A DNA stretch of 64,000 nt, from contig NW_027266297.1 of NCBI RefSeq assembly GCF_022045235.1, forward strand, positions 30,132,001 through 30,196,000, written 5' to 3'. The first letter of the stretch is position 1; each line of letters begins with the position of its first letter. This document shows, one piece after another, positions 14,231-25,488 of this stretch. Under the pieces are notes generated by a model. It searched no databases. It was not told where the DNA came from and saw only the letters and a program-made list of their open reading frames with translations. The position numbers and the translations under genes were made by a program. Source of the DNA: Haliotis cracherodii (lineage: Eukaryota).

Positions 14231-14603
14231 TATCCCTTCAATGCCTACATTCCACCCAAACTGTTAAAAATATGTGCCAAATTTGAATACGAATGCTTGA
14301 ATGCCAAAATAAGAGTAATTTTAGATAACTCACAATAACTCAGGGTAAAGAGGTGATATTTTCCCTTGAATATTAGTATCTTTTCTGACAGTGATTTATT
14401 ATCCAGTGGTTTGAATAAATACAAGCTGAAAAACCATTTCCAAAATCATCAGGAATCGCTGCTGGAAGCAGGATGCACGATTCCGGCAACATAATTAGCT
14501 TGTTCGGCTGAAAAAATGCCGATACGACGTTAAAGTTTAACTCACTCACCCATAGATATGTTTATGCATCACTAAAACATCACTTCGAGAGTTCATCTGT
14601 TAA

Positions 14604-14887
14604 GTGAGTGAGTGAGTGAGTCTGGTTTAACTCCGCTTTTAACATTATTCCAGTCATATCACGGCTTGTCAGCTTAATGTGGGAGGAAATCCCGAAATGA
14701 TGCAGGTATCAGATGTTTACCGCTTAGGTGAAACCCACGAGCACGGGTATGGTGCTGACAAACCTAGAAACATAATCGGGGCGAACCGGGATTCGAACCT
14801 AAAAACATAGGTTTCTTACGTGCCTAAGGGACGCAACTCTGCACAGCGAATCGCGGCGCCTTAGACGACTGGGCCGCCCGTGCCCCC
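14604..14887 (-). mobile_element. SINE family B
   Basis: Full copy. Confidence 0.9.
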
Positions 14888-15667
14888 TCATCTTTTAAGA
14901 TTTAAGGCTCTAATGTTGCAGTTCTTTTGACACTCGAATCACGAACTCCGATGGCTGTGAGAAACCTTGTCTATACACCAAAACACTAATTGTTCCGATG
15001 GCAGCAATGGTTGTTGCACTTATATAGCGACGTGCGTGCGTGCGCTCATTCTTGTAATAGTCCGGATTGAAGCCGATTTATAGTGCTAGCCCACTGAGAT
15101 ACCATGCAGTAGTTTAACATGAATACCCATCTCAGACATCTCAGACTCCAAGCCGACCAGTCCTTGTTTTAGCCCCTAAATGCCGAGCCACAGGTAGTTC
15201 AACAACACTTACACTCTTTTAACGTCTTTTGGTATGACGCGGCCGGGGATCGAACATCGGACCTTCCGCTCTCCGTTAGTCAAGTAAGGTAAAGCTGGCA
15301 TCTCCATGGTGACGTAGATCGGTGCTACAGTGTCGACCACTGGTTTGTGGCGGGATGCCAACGGTGGAGCTGGATGCGCTCACCCTTTCGAGGGCAGTTG
15401 CCTGGCCTCATCACTGTTTGATGGTGATTCGTGGACACATGTTCATGATATGCTCGGAGTAGAATCTGCTTTTAGCAAAGATTTCATATGAATATGGAAG
15501 GGGTTACGTCGCTTTTATTTGTATGATCCAAACATAATTGTACTTTGCATGTATATCGCCCTGGTGTAGGTGGAACCGGGCATATTACAGATGACTAAAC
15601 ATCCATTCACCCACTCATGCAGGGTGTTTCGTCATCAGCCATGTTTGTTGTAAGAGCCTACCACAAT

Positions 15668-16012
15668 GAGGTGAGGTGAGGTGAAATGGGGTTCAACGTC
15701 GCGTCCAAGATTATTGCACTTATATAGCGACGTGCATGTACGTGTGTGTGTTTGTGTGGCTGCTTGTACTAGTCCGGACTGATGCCGATTTATAGTGCTA
15801 GCTCACTGAGATACCATGCCGCAGTTTAACATGAATACCCCACTCAGACACAGTATACTGACTCCGAGTCGACCAGGCCCTCAATGCCGAGCGCCAGACA
15901 GGGTAACAACAAGTACCATCTTTAAACATCTTTAGGTATGACGCGGTCGGGGATCGAACCCCGGACCTTCCGCTCTCCGGGCGGACGCTCTACCACTAGA
16001 CCACGGAGGCGG
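15668..16012 (-). mobile_element. SINE family D (tRNA head, long central domain)
   Basis: ggtctagtggtagagcg...ggttcgatcccc head; (ACCTC)n tail. Confidence 0.9.
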
Positions 16013-16829
16013 GCCCTACCACATGAGGATCGGGTGGTCACAATGTGTGACAATCTGGCGGCGTGGGTCGTTGCTCATGCTGTCAAGCGCTCGCTCGTCG
16101 CGCTGAAGACGTGTTCGATTCACCACATGGGTACCATATGTGAAGCCCATTTCTGGTGCTTGAATATTGCAATGAGCGGCCTTAAACTATACTCAACCAC
16201 TGTTGTACCTGATTTATTTTGACTCGTGTATTGTTAATCGTGTTGACTCGTGTATTGTAAATTCTGGCTGCGGCTTTATACTGCATTCCAGTTTATTGTA
16301 AAATCTCTAATAACGATACGAAAGTGCTTCGATTGATCGAAGACTCTTGGCCAGATTCAAGGCGAATGGCATCAGGCACATTGCCGTTGAGGGAATCATT
16401 TCTTTATAAATACCCTTCTGTCTGTGGTTTAGAAATGTGAATCTATGAACCTCGTCAGATAGGATCGTTGTTTACGCAAGAATCGGCGAACATTAAACCA
16501 ACATGAACATACTTTACAGAAAAAAGCACTTGTTTAATTAAAGGAGCCCAGAGACGTTTTCTTCAATTTCAGATAATGCAGTAATCTAGACTTGCCAAAC
16601 ATTATAGACTACTTGGGCTGTATTGGATATTTTTGTTTCAGGGTCGGTATGACAAGACTGAACGGGTCAGGTTTAGATCTAGAGTCTGCTGAGGCGCTCC
16701 GTTGTGCTTGCCGTGCCTCAACGTCTTCAGGAACCTTGTTCTTCCATCTGCATCAGAAGGAGCAACCTCCCATTTATGTCGAAATGTCAAAGAGTCCTAT
16801 TTTCGACTTGAATGATGCATTGTGGTGGT

Positions 16830-17283
16830 TAGAGCATGCATAGAGGTCACCAGGACTGACCTTCTCTTAGTACTGACCAGATTGTTGTCTAATGGCAGTA
16901 TATAGAGCGTGCATGGAGGTCACCAGGTTGACCTTCTCTTAGTATTGACCAGATTGTTGTCTGATGGCGGTTAGAGCGTGCATGGAGGTCACCAGGTTGA
17001 CCTCCCTTAGTATTTACCAGATTATTGTCTGATGGCGGTTAGAGCAAGCATGGAGGTCACCTGGAAGGGCCTTCTCTTAGTATTGAGCAGGGTGCTGTTG
17101 TACAAAGTGATCTTAGCGCTAAGGTGATCGTAACTCCCATACCTTTAAGTTAACATTGACTTACGACAGTCGTAGCGCTAAGGTTGCATTGTACAACGGC
17201 ACCCAGATTGTTATCTGATGGCGGTTAGAACATGCATGGAGGTCACCGAGAAGGACCGTCTCTTGGTATTGACTAGATTGTTG
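16830..17283. repeat. ~70-bp tandem repeat, about 5 copies, interrupted by a MITE
   Basis: catggaggtcaccaggttgaccttctcttagtattgaccagattgttgtctgatggcggttagag. Confidence 0.85.
17091..17203. mobile_element. PIF/Harbinger-like MITE
   Basis: TIRs ggtgctgttgtacaaa...ttgtacaacggcacc; 3-bp TSD CAG. Confidence 0.75.
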
Positions 17284-17876
17284 TTAACATAGATGTAACA
17301 CAAAACATTATTTATAAAGGCACCTTCGTAAAAGAGAGTCTTGTGTCTACAAATTAAATATCGTAAGAATAAACAATTTATACCGTGCCGAAGTGTGATA
17401 AATAGTTATCATACCGTCATATCAGAATGATGAGATCTGATTGGTCCACGTGATCTTGATAAAATACTCTGTATTCCGCCTTGGAGGAAAATAAATTTCT
17501 CAGCGGGTGAATAAATCCATTTTACCCCGCCACGAGCAAGACAGGCTGTACATTGATTTCTGAGAGGCAGAATAAATCTCATATAATGAATATTACCAAT
17601 TGTCGTAAGGGGCGACTAACAGGATCGGGCGGTCAGGCTCGCTGACTTGGTTGTTGCATGTCATCGATCCAATTGCGTGGATCGATGGGTTTCACCGAAG
17701 TCTGAGACCTGCATTACTTAGGGCTTTCCTCCCACATTAAGCTGACACGCCGTGATATACATGTAACTGGAATACTGTTAAAAGCGGCGTTAAACCCAAC
17801 TCACTCACTCACTCACTCAAAAGAAAAGCTGATCGTTGTTCTGGTTTTGTTCCATAATTGCCTCAACATACCAACA

Positions 17877-18135
17877 ACCGTGAAGATCCGGGGTAGAATA
17901 GGTCTTCAGCAACCCATGCTTGCCGTAAAAGGCGACTATGCTTGTCGTAAGAGGCGACTAATGGGATCGGGTGGTCAGGCTTGCTGACTTGGTTTATGCA
18001 TGTCATCGTATCCCAATTGCGTGGATCGATGCTCATGATATTAATCACTGGATTGTCTTGTCCAGACTCGATTATTTACAGACCGCCGCCACATAGCTGG
18101 AATATTGCTGAGTGCGGCGTTAAACAACAAACAAA
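17877..18135 (+). mobile_element. Retroposon family C
   Basis: Near-consensus full copy. Confidence 0.9.
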
Positions 18136-19016
18136 AAAAACATAAGTAATGGCCTTTGTAGTTTAACCCAAAGGTGTGATTTTAATGTAGTAATGGGGTA
18201 TAGCGAAGACTAAAATATAGTATCTATCTGTCTCACTGTCTATCGGGTACAGACGCGTGGCGGACGAGTTACATATGAGTGGCCCCATGCGTGTAAGGGG
18301 AATGTACTTCTAGACAGTAGAGCAAAAACCCCATGTACCCCTCGTGATCCTGCTGTAACTTATACTATACAGGAGCTTGGCTTTAAGTTTGGACCACCCT
18401 CGTGGTTACACAGAAGGTAAATCATCAGCAAGATGTTATTGCTGCCTTAGCTTCACAATGAAAGGCGAGATAACAATCGTAGTTTTAGATCGACAGAGGT
18501 AATCGAGGAAGCTAATTGCGTCCCGTTTCACATGGGGCTATTGAGCTAGGAAATCTCGCCTGGGTTTCACAGGGGCCATCGAGCTAGTTCTTCTCGTTTT
18601 AGGTTCCACAGGCGTAACTGAAGATGTTCACGTCGGCTTGGGATCCACAGAGGGAATTGAGGTAGTTCATATCGTCTTGGGCTTCACAGAGGGAATTGAG
18701 GTAGTGAATCTCGAGCTTCATAGTGGTTATTGGAGTTGAAGAAACACCTTACTGCTCTCCGAGACAATCATACTGCCGTATGAGTAGAAGCCAGAGCGAC
18801 AGCATCTGAATCTGTTGTTATAAATCTAACTATACCACGGTGGTAAAAACCGAACAAACCTCAAATGTGGTAATATCACCTACTTGAGGACAAGACGCTT
18901 CAAGTTCCTAGATCCACGTCAACGGAAATACATGTATAAGCATGGCTCTGGTTATTCTATATTCGTGTATTGTATGCCTACTTAATGCTGAGCAGATCTT
19001 CAATGGTGTTATATCC

Positions 19017-20180
19017 TTACTTCTGAGGACATCTGGTCTCCTTTATATCCTTGCCAGTCAGATCAGTTCCCACCAGGTACTCCTTACCCAGCTTCTTCTG
19101 ACACCACGCCAGAACCTCATCGTGGTAGGGAGTTGGTACCCCAGCAATCAGTGCAATGCCTTTGGTTACCACTATGCCATCAGGGACATCCTCCACTAGA
19201 TAGCGATATCTGAAGTTTGGGGAGAACTTACCATCTGGTTCATCAACCATGGGATGGACTAGACCATCGTAGGCAGCATTGGATTTCATGATCGTGAAAA
19301 GGCTTGTTGGGTCACCAATTGTGTCCTTGTAGTCCACTCTGTAGCAATCTTGAAGATGGACTACTCCCGAGAGGTCTATGTCTGGACGTTTGGCGGTGAT
19401 GGCACGGGCTGCTGCAACACACTCATCGCTGATGCCACTTAGATACTTAATCTGAGTCTCATCTAAGCCTTGGTAGAAAAGCGGTTTCTCAGACAAATGC
19501 CGTCCGTCCCAGTCTCTCCATTTGGCGTACATTATTGGTGGATGAACTATCGACTTTGTGTCCAGGATTGGTGCTAGGTAGTGCTTGCCGACTTCCAGTT
19601 TGGTCTCTGGGCCAATAACAGCTTGAAGAACCTCGCAAGGATCTTTATCTGGATTGCTGTTTCCCTTAAGGATGGAACCCTGAAGGTGAACTTTTAGACC
19701 AAGAACTGTGGCGCTCTTTCCGAATTCATTTATCCGACATGCCCAGGGTAGGGATTCAAAGTTAAGAATTGGACATTTTCTACCTTTGTCCTTCAGGATG
19801 TCTAAGCATTGGAACTCAAAACCAGGTTGCCCAGGGAAACCAACAAGTATTGTGTTTGGTTTTATGTATGGTTCAATGGCTTCGAAATACCCTTGATGTG
19901 TAAATGCTGGCACACAAAATACAATCATGTGAGCGCCCTCGATAGCTTCGGCTGGATTCTTGGTTATGAGAGCTGGTTTAGATTTTACAGTGACATCCCC
20001 AACACTTTCATGCAGGTTTATGGTCAAGCCTTCGTCCCCCATAACCTTCGTCCATCTCTCTGCCTCGTCCTTAAAAAGGGTAAGTATTCTCGCTTCTGTG
20101 TTCTCGCGAGATGCTGTGAGACCTGCTGTCACATGGGCTGCGTTACCAGCCCCGAGGATGAGAACAACCAACTTTGTCAT
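19017..20180 (-). CDS. Opine (octopine/tauropine-type) dehydrogenase, single coding exon; C-terminally truncated by a premature stop, possibly a young pseudogene
   Basis: 387-aa ORF with Rossmann motif VVLILGAGNAAH, then FESLPWACR, catalytic-His segment IVHPPIMY, W-D-G..PLFYQG, RYLVEDVP and RCPQ, all typical of invertebrate octopine dehydrogenase-family enzymes. The frame continues after TAA as GYNTIEDLLSIK* to 18978. Candidate 5'UTR acceptor (tatcagcag) at about 20213-20218. Confidence 0.9.
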   Translation of the reverse strand: MTKLVVLILGAGNAAHVTAGLTASRENTEARILTLFKDEAERWTKVMGDEGLTINLHESVGDVTVKSKPALITKNPAEAIEGAHMIVFCVPAFTHQGYFEAIEPYIKPNTILVGFPGQPGFEFQCLDILKDKGRKCPILNFESLPWACRINEFGKSATVLGLKVHLQGSILKGNSNPDKDPCEVLQAVIGPETKLEVGKHYLAPILDTKSIVHPPIMYAKWRDWDGRHLSEKPLFYQGLDETQIKYLSGISDECVAAARAITAKRPDIDLSGVVHLQDCYRVDYKDTIGDPTSLFTIMKSNAAYDGLVHPMVDEPDGKFSPNFRYRYLVEDVPDGIVVTKGIALIAGVPTPYHDEVLAWCQKKLGKEYLVGTDLTGKDIKETRCPQK

Positions 20181-20454
20181 GCTTCCTGTCCTTGGGAGTT
20201 AGAGAAGGTGCACCTGCTGATATAGAGAACGCGTCATCAATAGTTTATCTATACATGATCGGCAAGAACGACAATTATACGTATTATTTTAGAGAAAAAT
20301 TTAAAAAAAATTACCTGAATAACATCCTTCACCTTGTTGTTGATTATGTTTGTTTGTTTGTTGTTTAACACCACACTCAGCAATATTCCAGCTACATGAC
20401 GGCGGTTCACCGTTATGAAAGTTTGAAGCTGTCTGACACTAAACAAATTATAAC

Positions 20455-20650
20455 CCTTGTATTAAGCGCCTGACTTCCAACTCATATTAACATAGTATTA
20501 CCCCGATCAATGGACCAATATTCACTTCATTCTCAGCTCCCTGGGGAGTATACGACCTACGCTGCCTATAAGGCTCTATAAGGTTAACAATCACATTACC
20601 ATCAAATCCTACCGGGTAGCCATTCACTGCTAGGTAAAGCGAGGTACAAC
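20455..20650 (-). mobile_element. Ancient Deu/Nin-domain-like SINE remnant
   Basis: Minus strand reads tttacctagcagtgaatggctaccc...atactccccagggagctgag, resembling the Deu/Nin central domain as I recall it; not database-verified. Confidence 0.45.
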
Positions 20651-21385
20651 ATGGTCACCCATACAGCTTCTCTCCGCTACTAATGTTACTTACTTCACCT
20701 GATTTGTGACCTGTGCGTTGTACACATGATCAACTGCCACACAACCGATTCAATTTTACGTCGGCTTATCTGACTGGCCATCAGTGTAGGGGAACAATGT
20801 ATACACGTAACTCTTAAACGAAGTCACCTCACGTTCGATGGTAAGAATTACGGTTATCACATCAGTAAAGATGAACAGCAGTGTCCGACGTGATATCGAC
20901 TTGTTATAAACATTATTAAAGTTAAAGAGCGTAAATGATGCTTGGCTTGTGCTTTATTGACAGATCATCCACGCTTGAAACACTGTCATGTCAGATTGAA
21001 TGGCTTAATTGGCTTCAGTTGGCGTCTTCTATATATTTCTCTTTATATGGTGCCGTTTTATTCATCCCAGGAAAATATATACAGTAACCAGCATTACTAA
21101 CCAAATAGCCTAAACCTGTTGATCACTCTATCTATTTTCTAGCCCCTTAATCAATCTGAGACCACATGGAATAAGCCTCCTGTGGAATCTGTACCCAATA
21201 AGAGCTTGTTGATCACGTAACACGTGAAGCCAGTTCGTGTCTCTATGTAACCAGGGTGTTTATATATAACTTGCATAGACTCTCCGACAGAACGCAGCAC
21301 ACCCATGGGCTTCCGTCCAACTGCACTTATATTTGTGTCCTTGACCTATATGCGCCTCTGTTTGATGCACACGTACCGTTATCGA

Positions 21386-21707
21386 CCGCCTCCGTGGTCT
21401 AGTGGTAGAGCGTCCGCCCGGTGTGCGGAAGGTCCGGGGTTCGATCCCCGGTCGTGTCATATCAAACGACGTTAAAAGACGTTACCTTGTCTGGCGCTCG
21501 GCATAAGGGGCTAAAACAAGGACTGGTTGGCTCGGAGTCAGTATACTGTGTCTGAGTGGGGTATTCAAGTTAAACTGCGGCATGGTCTCTCAGTGGGCTA
21601 GCACTATAAACCAGCAACAGTCTGGACTAGTACATACGTACATGCACGTCGCTATATGGTGCAAAAATCTTGGACGCGGCGTTAAACCCCATTTCATCTC
21701 ACCTCAC
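21386..21707 (+). mobile_element. SINE family D
   Basis: TSD taccgttat. Confidence 0.9.
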
Positions 21708-21929
21708 ATACCGTTATGCCGTAAAAGGCGACTATGCTTGTCGTAAATCACTGGACAGTATAAATCACTGACAGTAAAGAACCTAATAGTTAAGGGTTAA
21801 TATCACAACAATACCCTGTTGTGAGTAATTTACAATGACTCATATTTTGGCATTCAAGCATTCATATTCAATTCTCGAACATATTATCAAAAGTTTGGAT
21901 GGACTGAAGGGATTGAAGGTATATCAAGT

Positions 21930-23490
21930 ATCCTTGGAGAATTACACATAAACATTGTATGGATTGTGAATAGTGTTTGCACGCATCTTTGTAGGAATTA
22001 CACATCAACATTGTAGGGATTGTAGGAATGTCAAGCATCTTTGAAGGAATTACACATTAACGTTGTAGGCATTGTAGGATAAACAAGCATCTCTGTAGGA
22101 ATGACACATCAACATTGTAGGGATTGTAGGAATGTCAAGCATCTTTGAAGGAATTACACATTAACGTTGTAGGCATTGTAGGAATATCAAGCATCTCTGT
22201 AGGAATGACACATCAACATTGTAGGGATTGTAGGAATGTCAAGCATCTTTGAAGGAATTACACATTAACGTTGTAGGCATTGTAGGATAATCAAGCATCT
22301 CTGTAGGAATGACACATCAACATTGTAGGGATTGTAGGAATGTCAAGCATCTTTGAAGGAATTACACATTAACGTTGTAGGCCTGTAGGAATGTCAAGCA
22401 TCATTGTAGGAATGACACATCAACGTTGTAGGGCTTGTAGGAATATCAAGCATCTTTGTCAATCTCATTAAAATCAGATCTAAGTTCTCGCTGCCGCTTA
22501 ACAAAGATGTGAAAACATCCCATTACGGATCACGTCAGAACATCCTTTCGCAAACCTTGACCTCCCACTGAAACGACTAGCAAGACGTCGACATCAGCCA
22601 ATTAGAAAGCAGCTTTCTCGAGCTTTACGGCACTCGTTTCAAATATGGCGACGTCCATTACAGACTCATCTTCTCGAGGCAAAGGGAGTTAACTGACGCT
22701 AAAAGTCCAGTTTCCACCCTTGCCGAACTAGGCTTGAATTCCTGGGTTCGATCGTAGCGCCACCACTGGCTATTACGAAATATGTTCCTTCTATGCCGCT
22801 CCTATGGACCAATCAAATTCCACCTCTCGTATCACTTGCCTTTGCTTCAAACAAAATGGCGGCGCCAAGTCAAGACGATCTGATCGATAATCAATATCAA
22901 TACTGTGATAAAACGGGTCTTACATCCCGAAATGAAGCACCTTGATTATAAACATGAAAAGATTTTGAAAATATCTGTTGACAACGAGTTTGCGATGCAC
23001 ATGCTTTGTAAATCCTGCAATCGACCGAAATTGGCATGACAGTGTGCGCATTCCGGAATGTCTAATATATGGTTGCGATTGTATGGCAGTGCTTCCCATG
23101 TACAGTGCAACGCCGCCTCCGTTCAAATGTTTCTCCCACGGAAGCGAGAGAAAGACGATACTTTTGACGGAATCAGTCATACGGGCCGTAACTGTCGTTC
23201 GGAATACCCCGTGTTAACGTTTTCGAGGTTGCATGGTTAGAAAAAACTTTCCGACTGTCACTTTCATGATCTGGTAAGCGACGCTCTGATTGGTCGGATG
23301 AAAGGTTGTTCTGAAGTGACCCCTAATGGGATGTCCTCAGATCTTTGTTTAACGGTAGCGAGAACTAAGATCTGATTTTAATGAGATTGGCATCTTTGTA
23401 GGAATTGCATTTTAACACTGTAGGGATTGTAGGAATATCAAGCACCCTTGGAGGATTTACACATTAACGTTGTAGGGATTGAGAATAATT
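21930..23490 (-). repeat. Inverted copy of the 52-bp satellite (104-bp dimer), interrupted by a TIR element
   Basis: Reverse complement of the 12037-14230 unit with alternating A/B monomers; resumes at 23390. Confidence 0.9.
22460..23389. mobile_element. Non-autonomous DNA transposon, ~90-bp TIRs, 10-bp TSD (Mutator-like)
   Basis: caatctcattaaaatcagatct... / ...agatctgattttaatgagattg; gcatctttgt on both flanks. Confidence 0.85.
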
Positions 23491-24380
23491 ATTGCACGGA
23501 TGGGATTGTAAATCCCCCTTGCGAGAAACGTGAGCCATGAGTGTCTGCTTCGTGAACCACCATTGTAGGAGGAGTTAATCATCCTAGTTGGATGTAGAAT
23601 ATCACCTGTAAGGATGGGAACAGCGTCGGAATAGTGCACTGTCACTATTATGGGATAAGTGAACCGCCATTAATGGATCACTGATGGATTAGTGGTCCAT
23701 CATTGTTAGATGGGGGGAAACTGTGTATCTTAATTATAAGTCTGAACTTGACCCTGCGAGACCACCCCCCCCCCCCCCCCCCCTTCCCCTGTTAACATTG
23801 ATCTTCCATGACTGTCCAAAATTGGGTACTGTCATTTATGGGTCATAATCAAAACTGTTCCTGTTATTCATGACGTAATTTGACCAACACAAAATAGCCA
23901 AATTCAAAAGTTAATCAACTTCACACATAACCTTAAATCATTGGGAATCCAGTGCACAGATTAATAAAACAGAAAATCATTGAAAAATCTACAGTTGTTA
24001 AATTTAAATGTACCAAAATTAAATTGTCAAAAATGAAACAAATGAAAAACATATGCAATATCTTAAATGGTCTGTGGTGGATGTGACGAATGGCGCTGGC
24101 CTCTGATCGCATGGAACTCTGGGTAGGAGAGTGCCAGCATATAATTGTTCCACTGCGCCGGAGTGTTTTTGAAAACACGAACGCCGATGTGCACTTTCCG
24201 CCATATTTGATAGTGTTCACAAAATCACGTTTCATGTATGCCGGTTATGAAACGCCTATTAGATCACGTACATTTCAAACTCAGCTGCGACACATACATC
24301 CCTGAATTCCTCATACAGAGTAGAATCATACAGGTAGACAAATGGTCTTTGTCTAGATGAAATCAAGCGAAATAAAAAAT

Positions 24381-24712
24381 AAACAAGAGTTTGCCACTAA
24401 CGTGGCTATATCCCCCTATTGCTGAATTTATGACATAATTAAATCTAAACAAACCCTAACCGGGGTGGAACTTGTCATGGAAACTGTAAAAAAAAGAAGA
24501 GTTTGGAACCTAAGTCCATCTTGTTGCCATGGAAACGTAAAAAATAAAAATTTCTAAATTTCTAAATAGCAAAAGGCACCAGTTTCATATGTACTTGACA
24601 GACCTGCAAAGTTTCATGAAAAAATATTGAACGGTTTCTGAGTTATGCTCCGGAAACGAAACGTGACGGACGGCGGAGCCCGTTTCTTTATCCCCCGCCA
24701 ACTTTGTTAGGT
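24381..24712 (+). mobile_element. Helitron/Helentron-like non-autonomous element
   Basis: aacaagag start, aagtttcatgaa...gttatgctccggaaacgaa, GACG microsatellite, subterminal tatccccc; related to 59798-59986. Confidence 0.6.
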
Positions 24713-25488
24713 GTGGAAACGAACACTGTGCTCGGAAAATTGTACTTGTTGAAATGTAAACAAAGCAAAATTCAGATTTTACACTCTCCTATTTTGAGAG
24801 ATCAATTCGTCTAATTGTTGTATACATTGGCTGACGTTTGAGAATATTCGTGGAAAGAGTATCGTAGCACGAATTTTGGAATTAAAAACAAATACATTAC
24901 AATGATTTCAAAAGAAATCGTAAAATTTTCCGTCCTGTGTGACGCCATGGCTGATGCAAAGTCACGCACAACGACGACGGTACTTATTTCTGACAAATTC
25001 TCTTGGTTACATTGGAAAACATAAAAAAACAAATAACAGTTCGCAGATTGTATGATTGTTTCTGATTACTGACATGACACATTCATGTATATACCACCCC
25101 TCAATCAACGAAAATCAAAATCCTCCTTTGAAAATCCCTGTTGTCAGTGAACACGCCATTTTGTAAAAGTCGGTCACCAGCAGTGATGTCACACTGTAGT
25201 AAACATTGTTGTACATATTTAGCAATTTCTTTGAGGTGAATGTTTTTAACTCGTCACCATGCTGGTTCTTTGATCTATCTACTTTGCATTGTCGTCATCG
25301 CCTTTATAATCCACAGATGGCGGAAACGTTTTTTTAGGTTTAGGTGTAGGGTCACATTATTGATGCATAGTAAGCAGTACGTCGGATGATGTCACTGTTT
25401 TGTATTAATGCTCCACTGCGATCATAAGAACAGACAAAATGCATCGATTCGATACTAAAAAGGTGCGATTTTTGGGTGTGTAAGAAAC

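Noticed and set aside
19017-20180. Recent bacterial HGT or contamination as the source of ODH
   Set aside because: The protein resembles the metazoan type, has an upstream splice acceptor and is embedded in host SINEs; no operon context.
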